Source of the DNA: Takakia lepidozioides
Lineage: Eukaryota; Plantae; Bryophyta
Direction of reading: 5' to 3'
Assembly: GCA_030704615.1 (NCBI GenBank)
Contig: CM060732.1
Coordinates: 8,804,001-8,868,000, forward strand
DNA length: 64,000 nt
The position numbers and the translations under genes were made by a program. Below, piece by piece: positions 13,872 through 25,941 of this stretch. Numbering within the stretch: position 1 is the stretch's first letter; every line of letters begins with the position of its first letter. The notes beneath the pieces are model-generated. The model was not told where the DNA came from, ran no database searches, and saw only the letters and a program-made list of their open reading frames with translations.

Positions 13872-16405
13872 GAACATAGCGAGGAAGGGGAGTATTTTTT
13901 CTGTGATGGTCATCGATGGAAGCTCCTTCGTGGAAGATAGTTGAGTTGCACAGGTAGGCGTCCTTACCTCTTCCCAGAGGTAGAAGTGAAAGATTCGGAT
14001 CTGCATCTGCCTGCCTAGAGACTGCACATGTAGTTGGAAAGATAGATGTACTTACACTTAGCTTTTCACAAATCTTTTCACCATACCCCAAAAGAATGCA
14101 AGGATTTTACCTTTCTCAAGAGGAATTTTCTTTTCTTTTCTTTTCTTCTGTTTAGCCTCTCAAACCGTGCAAAGAGAGCCACATGTTGATGCTTTTGAAG
14201 AGGGAAATTATGTTCAGAATAATCCATTTGTGCAACATTATGAACTGTACGTCACCCTCACCATCATGTCAACAAGTTGGGCACACGAGTTCCCTTTTTG
14301 CTTTTGTTGGTGGGAAAGAGCAGAGTGGGTTTCTCCTTTGAATGAAGGGAGAGAGGATTTGTCATTTTCTGTTACCTTCATGTGAAATGATTAGGCCCCA
14401 ACTGGCTGATGACAAAGAGTTTGTCAAGATGACCTAGTCTGCGGCTCATATTTGTTTGGGAATCTTCCATATGAACATTGTGGAAATGCAGCTACCTTTT
14501 TCAGGGTTATTGAACTTGTCTGATCCTATGGCTTGATGTACAGGCAAGATCAAAACAAGTATTCAGGCGCCAGTGCAAGTCTGCAGTCATTGTGGCTATA
14601 GGCTGGACGCCCTCATGCTGACTGAGTTCCTTGGTCTTGTGATGCCTCCATTCAAGCTTGAGTTTAGGTTGGTTGTGTAGCCATGCGACCAAGGAGAGCA
14701 CTGTTCACTAGCTCACGTTAGGCACTCAGACGTGCAGGTGCTCTTTGAGTATACTTCTCCACATTGCTGAGTTCGGAAAAGTAAATTCTTGGAGACAAGC
14801 AACTGAGCATAAGGTGGTGAAGTTTGTTTTGTCCCTCATGTGCCTGAAAATGTATGACTGCAGTTAATGTCAGCCAATAAACAGTAGGTTATAGAGAACC
14901 CATCTGTTGGGTTACCCTGACAAGTGTAGGAAACCATTTCGCAGTGCTGTTTGTATCTAGCAGCATTCAACGAAACTGAAATGCCATCAGGATGTTTCTT
15001 TACCTTCGAGGTCTTTTTGGCTGGCTTCTTCAGTTGTGACCATCTTAACTTTATTAAGGACAAAATACAAAATATTTTCCTGAACTTAGTCTCCTGGAGT
15101 ATGTGACGGTTGAATTGGGGCTATTGACTTCCAATTCTGGTTGCAAGGAGCCCACGCCACTAGCTCAGGGCATGGTGGTTAGAGTGCAGCCAGGCCCCCC
15201 ATTTTGGGGTTGTGCTGTATTTTCACATTTCTTTCAGAGATAAAAGAACTCCCACAAGCTGTGTCTACCAAAAGCAGACCTGCAATCTCAGTAATATAAC
15301 TTTTTGGTTCCATCACGCCAGACTGTCACATGGCTTTTTGCTAATGCCTCCTCTGATATGTTGAGCTTCTGCCTGTCGGTGTTTGCATCCAGAGCATGCC
15401 ACTGTAATGCTAGCCTAAAACATGGATGGGAATTTTGTTCAAACACCCGATGATTATGCAGTGGAGGGTTGATGGGATTTTGGAATTGGGGTTCATCTGT
15501 GATACTAAAATCAGCAAAACAAAACAAAGAGTCCATCATAGGTGTGCAAATTGAAGAGCCGGGGTGGTGTGGAGGGCGAATGGAAGTTTCAGGAGAGACA
15601 GCTAAGTGTGGAGAGCCGCAGGGAGAAGGGGGATTCTGAGGGTTGTGATGGCGATCTGACTGTAACAATGGAGCTGAAAGGTTGATAGATCTCAGGAGTA
15701 GTGAAGGTGCAGTAATGTAAGTGACTGAGACAATCGCTGTCGTAAGAACTGTATGTCGAACTCATGGAGCAGGAAATCAGCCATGCGGGTGTTGTTGGCC
15801 ACAAGAATGATAACGATGTGAATACTCCTGAAATATATTGTGTCGGAAGGTTAGGTATTTAGATGACAGCACTCTGAATTACCATCATAAAGGATCTAGG
15901 TAGTGAGACTGTCACCAAAGTAAGTTATGAGGGCAGTCATGGACTTCGAATAAGCTTGGTGGAACTAATCGTGCTTCATGATTTCAGAAGGATAAACGGT
16001 AGTCATGTGAGGCAGGCCGTAAGGGTTATGAAGTGCAAGTATGGAGTGGGAATCTCTGGAAATGTGAATGTGTGGATTTGTGTTAAAACGAAAAGTGACG
16101 TGTGATGAGACATTTTCTCTTCGGCTGCAACATTTTGTTGTATTCTGAACGTTCTAACAGTGTTTGTTGAGATAAGATCGGGTTATCATAACCCATATTT
16201 GTACCTCACACCAACATTCTCATATTTGCCACTTTGACCACGTGAAGCATTGTTGCACCATTTCTGCTTCATGCGTAGTCACAATAAGCACCCACCACAA
16301 TCACCTGTGCCCTTGTTTAGGGTTCACACCAGTTAGGATTTCTTCTCGAAGCTTCATTTAAACATTAGATCACATACATCAAGTTCCGGAGCCATCACGA
16401 CTCCA

Positions 16406-16660
16406 CTACACAGTATTTACACCACCATGTGTCCACACAAATTCTCCAGACCCAGCTCGCACATCTTTTCTCCAGTAGCCTCCATACTTCCTATCTCCAT
16501 CGGGCCATGTGAAGGGGCCTTCCTTTCCTTCGATATTTCTTAAGTCCGGCATCTGCAGGGCACATGAGCCCACCATATATTCTAGGCCAATCAAGAGCCC
16601 CAGGCAGAAAAGGATTACTAGTGCTGTTCTCAGCTTACTCACATCCATCAAGGAATCAGT
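16406..16660 (-). pseudogene. MORN-repeat gene fragment with an upstream hydrophobic segment
   Basis: EGKEGPFTWPDGDRKYGGYWRKDVRAGSGEFVWTHGG matches the MORN consensus (GxGxxxWxDGxxYxGxWxxxxxxGxG). Only about 1.5 repeats are present. Confidence 0.55.
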
Positions 16661-19094
16661 TTTGGGGGGTTGCTCCTGCTGCGTCTTCTTCTTCTTCAAC
16701 CATAAGAATAAAACAACGTTAACGTGGAGCTTCTTAAACAGGTAGAGCTCGCAAGGGTCAACGACCAACGTTTTTCTCTGTTGGTTTATTCCCGGACATG
16801 TAAAAGAAAGAGGAATGGGTTGGGACGAGCGCAGGGAGACCATGGAGTCCATTGTGGATAGATCGATAGAGTGTTCTGTTCAAAAAGCCCATCGTTTAGA
16901 AAGTGCGTCTTGGACAGGTCGGAAATACTGGGAATTGCAGATGAGGACGACTCCGAGCTGTACACTGCTGATGAACTTGTTAGGTCTAAAACACGATAAG
17001 TTACTGCGAAGAAGTTGTAAATGTATAGGGTATGCCTTGAGTGGAGGGCTTTCCTGGCTTTAAGGGCCTGACGCCGAGGGCGATAGCCCGAGGGGAAGGC
17101 CTGAAAATCCGGGAATGCCCCACACAAGGGGCGTTACCCTGCGTAAAGAAGTACCAAATTTTTTTTTTTAAATCTAATGGCCCATGCATTCTGCAGAGTG
17201 GAGCTGATGGGGGTGCATTCCCGCCAGGTGGAATGCACCCCATGAATTCTGCTTCTTAACGGCACGATCAATACAAACAAAATTTTGTGGTAGTGCTTTA
17301 CGGTGAGGTGAGTGCAAGCAAATGTCTACTCTGATCTTAATTAAATAGGAAAAAGTTTGAATTAATTGTAGAGCAGTTTCATTTAAGGGGAATCTGTTGA
17401 AGGCGCAGAAAAAGAGATAGAGGATTCGACGAATGAGGTGGGACGGAGAGAGGTGTGGGTAGGGGTAATTTAGCTTGTGAGGTGTCAAGCAAAGCCATAA
17501 AGAAGGGAGCAGATGGCCAGATGTGGGGTGTGGTCGGTGGGCCCACAAATGTAGGTGTGGCCCATCTGCAGGTAGGTATAGCCATATGCTATAGCCATTT
17601 TCACTAGCTCACTATTATTTGACTTTCTAGATAGTTCTCTAGGTAGGTATAGCCATTTTCACTAGTTCACTAGTTGATTTTCTAGATAGTTCCATCTTTT
17701 AGATAGTTTTACTATGGTCGGTGGGTTGAAAAGTAACTCACTAGTGGGTGTGGCTATTGCAGGAGTATATAGGATCAGTGACAGGGTCCATAGGAGGTTG
17801 GGGCTTGGTGAAAGTCGGGCCAGGTGGGATCGCGGCTTGGGGCTCGTCTTCAAGGTGGAGCGCTTGGGGCTGGTGGAGGGTGGCAGCATTCGAAGGGCAA
17901 CCTCAAAAGCGGAAGAAGCGTTGATGGGGACATCAACCTTAGATGGTGGGGGAGGGAATATATATTTAGTCCGGTTTACCTAGCTCGAGAATCCGATTGC
18001 AAAGACTTGTGTTGTACAAATCTTGTTTATAAAGAGAAACCGTTTCCAAATGTTGTGTTTATTATTTTGTTTGGAATGGTGATATATGGCGTGGTTGGGT
18101 AGTATGTAGAATGCACGCTAGCTTACAAAAGTAAGGAGAGGTAAATTGGACAAGTCGTGTATTTGTGCAGTGCAGAAATCGGGTGACTCCCATCTAAGGA
18201 GCGAGGAAAATTGCGCCTTCTTTTTTAGTTCACGTGCTAGTGCGCACTTGGCGCGCACGCATACTATAACCGTGCGGCCGAGGGGGTTGTCTTGTAGTGT
18301 GGGCTAACGCGGAAGCTACACGCTTCTGTTCACGTACAATAATCGTGTAACCTCGGGACGAAGTCTTAGTGCGACTTCGGCGTGTTCCCGTACCTCAGCC
18401 CAGCATCCCAAAGCAGGCCCAATTGTAGTAATTGGGGTGCACAGGTAGTTCAAGGTTATCTTCCTAGTCAAAGGGGTTCAAGGCGAACCCTTGCTCAAAG
18501 TGATGCCAAAAAACGGCATCATGAGCGGTCGCAAGCAATAGTTGTTGCAGTAAGGCGATTTGATCCTCGATGATGATCATACCTTGGCCAGGGGACAGCG
18601 ACGTGAGCGCGTGAGCGCGTGATGTCATCAGATTGACATGGCGGCAAATGCTGACGTGGCACTGTATCCCCATCTGCCACGTCAACATGAACATGCGGCG
18701 CCTATAACCGAGGATGGTCCTATGACCATGGGATTAATGCAAAGAATCATTACCTGAATAAAAGATGATTGTAGTGCATAACGGCAGGAGAACATGTAGA
18801 CTTCAAAAGGAGCAATGATGCATGTGCTTTTAAAAGTTGCCACTGAGACCTCATTGAGTATAGTTCGAAGCATAATGGAGGGATAAGGGATGTCATATCA
18901 TTGCACCAGCTACGATATTGCAAATGAATTGAATTGAATTGAATTTCCATGACAATGTTGCAAATTGTACAGTTCATAGCATGGTCGTCCACACACCAGA
19001 TTGCATACTCATAGTCCATAAAAAGCACATTTCAGATTGCAGATTCCAGATTGCACATTCACCACATTCCAGATACACGAAGTGATAGTTGATG

Positions 19095-20487
19095 CTACCT
19101 ATGTGTTGAATCCCGCTGCAACAGATTATCGACCTTGTTGAAACTCAGCGTGGCCTGGTGAACGAAATTGTCACGCTTGGGATCGCAAACCATCATCTTC
19201 AAAAATATGTAATACAAATGTTTGCAGGATATGAATTTTCCTCTCTTGCCCAAACTGGTTGATAGCATATTCACAAAATCAGGACATGTGCAATTGGGGA
19301 AATTGGAAACCGTGACGTCATAGGCCCTGTCATGAACAGCAAATGTCGAAGTGATCATTGTGTACACCCAACCATAACCTGGATCGGGTACTTCCGTGGT
19401 GCTTGCAACACGAGCTTGGAGCATTCTTGCGGACTCCACTTTGCCGAAATGTTCAGCGGTTGGAGGGAAACGCCAAACCAGCTTTCCATCTCGTTTGGTT
19501 GGCCACAAGTCAGGATTTGTCGGAGGGACCCGAGAGGACGCAGAATTAGAAGCACATGCATGCAGTTGGGGTTGTCTCGCAAGGGAAAAGCCTACCTCCT
19601 CCACCATCGCAATCTCCTGACTTGTGATATGTGTTCCTATCTTGACGGGCCAAATGGTTGGAGGAGCTGGCTTCATCACCACAGAAGGTCGCACAGTTTT
19701 ATGCACACATCTACCACAATCGTCTGCGCAGAACCAGAACTTGTGGTTCTTGGCTTCTGGTTGGCCGTATGGACGCATCAAATCCGTGAAAGTAGGAGCA
19801 GGAGTCCGGGCACCGCCCCTGGATATAGATGAAGTACATTTCTCGAAATTAGTTGCCCTGATTGCTGTACATTTTACACGAGACCCTGCATTTGTGTGTT
19901 TTATGTGCCAAACGTGGTCAGGGCATGCGGATTCCAGCACATGAAGGGGGTAGTTTCTCTCCTGCACCATTTCAGTGGTATTGTTTGATGCTAGAGCCTG
20001 CCGTCGTGTCGGAGGTTCATCCACAATGGAGATTCCGGAAATGGATTTGTCATGCAGGGGAACACAAGGCTTCGAGAAGTTATCACGGTCTGCCCTGTGC
20101 GAATCGGATTCCGAACCAGGTTGGGTGTTCAATTTCCTCTTATAGTAGCCGAATCTCTCCTCCCCTTCAAGATGTGGAACTCTTGAAACAAGTGGCGTTC
20201 CCTAGGCATACATGCTCACCGCCCGTGCTATCTTGCTTGGATCCCCAGATCTGTTTGCAGCACGCAACATCAACTCCATTTTGTCCGGACCCTTGCCACC
20301 AACCCCACCTCGCAAGAAATCTCGGTATTTGGTTTGTTGTTGCAATGCACGTATCAGACCATCTGTTGTTGCCACATACAAATCCCGACCGCGTTTCCCA
20401 GACTGTTGCAACCATGCGTTGTGCACAGTCTCTTTCAAATTGCAAGATGGCATGTCCGCCATTTCTTCAATGGACATGTTCTACATA
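19095..20487 (-). mobile_element. Mutator-like transposase C-terminal half with SWIM zinc finger (frameshifted)
   Basis: CNLKETVHNAW resembles the third catalytic Glu region. C-terminal YDVTVSNFPNCTCPDF...FISCKHLYYIF is a SWIM finger (CxCxnCxH). Truncated by the repeat array at ~20488. Confidence 0.75.
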
Positions 20488-23400
20488 GTGATCTGATATT
20501 AGTCCGAGACCTGTGAGAGGGTGTCTGGAACGTACTGGCAAAGTTTGGAAGCTAACAAAAATGATTTGGATGGGCAACCATCCGTTCATCCGTTGAATGT
20601 ATTATGTTGGAGCTGCTATTGCTTTGGGACCTGTTAGACTGTGTTTCGCGTGCTCGCGACTTTTTTTTCATTCCGTTTTTGAATGGGGCGTGTAATGTAG
20701 CCATATGCAACGTGCGTGCCAAATTTGGGAGCGATCAAAATTCATTTGGACCCAAAACCACAGTTTCTTCCCTGTTTTGCACTCCAAACTTGATTTGTGT
20801 TCTACTTCATGCACTCTTCATAGAGAGTTCCGCAATAGTGAGCGAAGAGAACACTTTTTTTTGGGGGCATTTTTTATTGGTCCAAATTTTGGCGAGGGAG
20901 TAGCCGTGGGATGCTGGAAGCCGCAAAACAAAATTGAGCCAAAATCGAAATCGATACGTGCCAGAAACCCCCACTGAAAGGCAGCGCAAACCTATTTATT
21001 GGCTTAGAAGAAATTTAGATTCAATTAAATTGTGGAATGGCTTGCGTCGACGGGGAGGCAAATGATTAATTCGTCTGTTGTGTCTCCGCACATGTGTCTA
21101 CATGTTCAAGCACATGACGGGCTTCAACCACATCCGTTCAATAGGTGCAATAGCCGTGCACGCATTGCAAGATTTCTTTTTCGCATTGAACAAAAACCAA
21201 ATGACAAGGGAACGCCTCATTGGACAATCGAATGATTTTTCGATTGATCTCGTATTACACTGGGACGTATCAGAGGGTACATTGAACGCACTGGCCAAGT
21301 TTCAAAGCGAACGAAAATCATTTGGATGGGCAACCATCCGTTGGCCCATTGAACGAATTTCGATTGATCTCATATTACTCTGGGGCCTCTTACATGGCAC
21401 ATTGAACACAGTGGCCAAGTCTCAAAACGAACCAAAATCATTTCGATGGCCAACCATCCGTTGAGCCATCACTTCCCTGTTTTGCACTCCAAACTTGATT
21501 TGTGTTCTACTTCAAGCACTCTTCATAGAGAGTTCTGCAATAGTGAGCGAAGAGAACACTTTTTTTTGGGGGCATTTTTTATTGGTCCAAATTTTGGCGG
21601 GGGAGTAGCCATGGGATGCTGGAAGCCGCACAACAAAATTGAGCCAAAAACAAAATCGATACGTGCCAGAAACCCCCAATGAAAGGCAGCGCAAACCTAT
21701 TTATTGGCTTAAAATAAATTTAGATTCAATTAAATTGTGGAATGGCTTGCGTCGATGGGGAGGCAAATGATTTATTCGTCTGTTGTGTCTCCGCACATGT
21801 TCAAGCACATGAGGGGCTTCAACCACATCCGTTCAATGGGTGCAATAGCCGTGCACGCATTGCACGATTTCTTTTTCGCATTGAACAAAAACCAGATGAC
21901 AAGGGAACGCCTCATTGGACAATCGAACGATTTTTCGATTGATCTTGTATTACACTGGGACGTATCAGAGGGTACATTGAACGCACTGGCCAAGTTTCAA
22001 AGCGAACGAAAATCATTTGGATGGGCAACCATCCGTTGGCTCATTGAACGAATTTCGATTGATCTCATATTACTCTAGGGCCTCTTACATGGCACATTGA
22101 ACACAGTGGCCAAGTCTCAAAACGAACCAAAATTATTTCGATGGCCAACCATCCGTTGAGCCATCACTCCCCTGTTTTGCACTCCAAACTTGATTTGTGT
22201 TCTATTTCATGCACTCTTCATAGAGAGTTCTGCAATAGTGAGCGAAGAGAACACTTTTTTTTGGGGGCATTTTTTATTGGTCCAAATTTTGGCGGGGGAG
22301 TAGCCGTGGGATGCTGGAAGCCGCACAACAAAATTGAGCCAAAAACAAAATCGATACGTGCCAGAAACCCCCAATGAAAGGCAGCGCAAACCTATTTATT
22401 GGCTTAAAATAAATTTAGATTCAATTAAATTGTGGAATGGCTTGCGTTGATGGGGAGGCACATGATTTATTCCTCTGTTGTGTCTCCGCACATGTTCAAG
22501 CACATGAGGGGCTTCAACCACATCCGTTCAATGGGTGCAATAGCCGTGCACACATTGCAAGATTTCTTTTTCACATTGAACAAAAACCACATGACAAGGG
22601 AACGCCTCATTGGACAATCGAAGGATTTTTTGATTGATCTCGTATTACACTGGGACGTATCAGAGGGTACATTGAACGCACTGGCCAAGTTTCAAAGCGA
22701 ACGAAAATCATTTGGATGGGCAACCATCCGTTGGCCCATTGAACGAATTTCGATTGATCTCATATTACTCTGGGGCCTCTTACATGGCACATTGAACACA
22801 GTGGCCAAGTCTCAAAGCGAACCAAAATCATTTCGATGGCCAACCATCCGCCATCGAATAAATTTCGATTGATCTTATATTAGTCCGGGACCTGTGAGAG
22901 GGTGTGTGGAACGTGCTGGCATATGATTTGGATGGGCAACCATTTGTTCACCCGTTGAATGTATTCTGTTGGAGCTGCTATTGCTTTGGGACCTGTTGGA
23001 CTGTGTTTCGCATGCTCACGACTTTTTTTTCATTCCATTTTTGAATGGGCCGTGTAATGTAGCTATATGCAACGTGCGTGCCAAATTTGGGAGCGATCAA
23101 AATTCATTTGGACCCAAAACCACAGTTTCTTCCCTGTTTTGCACTCCAAACTTGATTCGTGTTCTATTTCATGCATTCTTTATAGAGAGTTCTGCAATAG
23201 TGAGCGAAGAGAACACTTTTTTTGGGGGGCATTTTTTATTGGTCCAAATTTTGGCGGGGGAGTAGCCGTGGGATGCTGGAAGCCGCAGAACAAAATTGAG
23301 CCAAAATCAAAATCGATACGTGCCAGAAACCCCCACTGAAAGGCAGCGCAAACCTATTTATTGGCTTAAAATAAATTTAGATTCAATTAAATTGTGGAAT

Positions 23401-23985
23401 GGCTTGCGTCGATGGGGAGGCAAATGATTTATTCGTCTGTTGTGTCTTCGCACATGTGCAAGCACATGAGGGGCTTCAACCACATCCGTTCAATGGGTGC
23501 AATAGCCATGCACGCATTGCAAGATTTCTTTTTCGCATTGAACAAAAACCAGATGACAAGTGAACGCCTCATTGGACAATCGAACAATTTTTCGATTGAT
23601 CTCGTATTACACTGGGATGTATGAGAGGGTACATTGAACACACTGGCCAAGTTTCAAAGCGAACGAAAATCATTTGGATGGGCAACCATCCGTTGGCCCA
23701 TTGAACGAATTTCGATTGATCTCATATTACTCTGGGGCCTCTTACATGGCACATTGAACACAGTGGCCAAGTCTCAAAGCGAACCAAAATCATTTCGATG
23801 GCCAACCATCCGTTGAGCCATCGAATAAATTTCGATTGATCTGATATTAGTCCGGGACCTGTGAGAGGGTGTGTGGAACGTGCTGGCAAAGTTTGGAAGC
23901 TAACAAAAATGATTTGGATGGGCAAGCATGCGTTCACCCGTTGAATGTATTCTGTTGGAGCTGCTATTGCTTTGGGACCTGTTGG
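20488..23985. repeat. Tandem repeat array 1 (units of ~695-705 and ~960 bp built on 120-bp subunits)
   Basis: Marker gtggaatggcttgcgt at 21032, 21737, 22432 and 23394. Subunit gatctc(g/a)tatt recurs at 21246 and 21366. Confidence 0.95.
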
Positions 23986-24770
23986 CGTTGCTTCAACAAG
24001 AATTTCATAATGCTCCCACTGCCTCACCATCAACCATTGCTCTGGTAGCAAGCAAATGCTTCCTGCAAAAACATGTGCTGGGAGAATGAGAGGAGTCCTG
24101 CACAAAATTTGATACTACATCACTTGACTCTGTCATGGACCATTTATCAACATTGGCTTCGCCAAATGTTCGGAATCATATTTACGTCCTTAGGACTGGG
24201 GCAGGCAACACTGGCTACATTGACAGCATTATGGAATTGAAGCGCAAAAGCCAATATGACTTCATCCAGGACAGTATTTTCCCGGGGCAAGAGTCCAGGA
24301 AAGTGTACTTATTCAAGATGTCCACAATTGGGGAGGGTTCGGGAGTTAGCCTGGTGCGTAGAATGCAGGCCGGTGGTGATCTTCACAAATCCTGGATTAT
24401 GTTGGATCATGTGAAGCGAGTGAAAGATTGGACGACAATGGCCTGTCATGTGTACGATCCTACATACCAGCGAGTTATGACTATTGCTCTTTGTGAAATG
24501 CGGTCGGAGGACACAGAGTCGCAAATTCTTATGTGGAAGTCCCTCATTAACATGATGAGAGTTAATGATGTGCCAAATGCTAATTTCACAGGGTTCATGG
24601 CTGACAGCGCACAAGCAAATTGAAATGTTGTGCGAACTGTGTTTGGACTAGATGACCCAAAAATATCAATGGAAGGCCGAGAACGCACTTGCCTCTTTCA
24701 TTGGACCCAGTCTCTGCAACGACACACAAAGAATTCCATAAAAGTGTGGAGTTGCAGGAGGAGCACTTCC
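23986..24770 (+). mobile_element. Mutator-like (MULE) DDE transposase N-terminal/core fragment, pseudogenised
   Basis: WIMLDHVKRVKDWTTMACHVYD (D1 region), FMADSAQAN*NVV (D2; the stop falls where Trp is expected) and RERTCLFHW (CxxH motif). Confidence 0.75.
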
Positions 24771-24839
24771 GTACAGGAAATGAGCTGAAAAGCTCACAAG
24801 GGTTCAGTAGGCTGACCCTGGGACCTACATGGACTAGGA

Positions 24840-25940
24840 CTAGTCATCCTCATCCTCATCCTCAGTGGAGGACTCAGAGCTATCCGATGAGCCTGATGAC
24901 TCCGCGCCCTTTGCCAGAGCACCTAAATGAGGCGGCGTTCCTCTAAGTCCCGCAGAGCTCTCATCCAATCCCTGGCCATGACCCCCGACCTCATCCATAC
25001 TAGTGCCCTGTAGTGCACTCATCCCCTCCGTGTTGGCCATGTTCTTCATGAGGGATTGCCAACCATGCTCCTTGGCGTAGTTGTACTCTACCGGAGATGG
25101 CTTCCTCTCAAACGCGCGTTGCTACACATGCCACAAATTAAAGTCAGTTCTTCGTGATGATGGAGCCAGAAAGAAGACATAATAAAATCCATAGGAAAGT
25201 ACGACTTACAAATCGCAAGATAAAACCCTTGGATCCGCCGGCGCCCCACTTGTGTGTGGATTCGTGCTTGTCAAGGCGGACTGTTGTTGCTTCGCGTGCC
25301 CGGTCAAATTTGGCCTTGTTTGCGGCATCAGTCTCTCCTGCAATGAGTGCATCCCACGATACCTATGCCCCCCTCCCCCCCCCCAATAATTAGTGAATTA
25401 CACACATACGTTGCATCGAATCCACCTCATTAATGCACATGCGACAAATGGAAGGTGACATGATTCAAGATTTGCCAACCTGTGTAATTCCATAAGGTGG
25501 TTTGGGTATGGCCCCCTTTTCCATTGCCCTCCTAATGATCTGTCTGGCATGGTACCTCTTATCCTTCAAGTTTCGCCCCACCATCTCCATCACCCTTGTG
25601 TCACTCCAATTGCTCGGAAACCGGCGGTCTAACTCACGGGCATACGCCCGCTTCGCGCCAAAGTGCTGATCAGCCCACTCGATGTGCAAAGGGAACCACC
25701 TCAATGCAAGTTCGAAGGCTGGCTTCTTCATAGCCTCCCAGAACGCACCGCAGGGGTCACCATGGCGATTCACCTCCACCGGTGGCACCACGATCTTTGC
25801 CAACTCCACGTCCTGTATCGCCAAGGCCATGTTCTTCTTCCCACCCTCTCCCTTCTTTGTAGCCTCCTTCCCCTGCTCCTTTGTTACCCCACTGCCCTCC
25901 CCCGCATGCACACTCACCCCTTCCTCTCCATGGGACTTCG
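24840..25940 (-). mobile_element. Spliced Ptta/En-Spm (Transposase_24)-like TE accessory gene, 5'-truncated
   Basis: Exons ~25940-25480, ~25361-25209, ~25122-24840 with GT-AG borders, reading in frame. Contains LDRRF...MVGRNLKDKRY...PPYGITQ|VSWDALI...THKWGAGG, similar to the helical and HxxGxGG pattern of this family. Acidic tail. Confidence 0.5.
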
Positions 25941-25941
25941 T

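Noticed and set aside
14000-16400. Short ORFs downstream of MurE
   Set aside because: No recognisable motifs or coherent exon chain.
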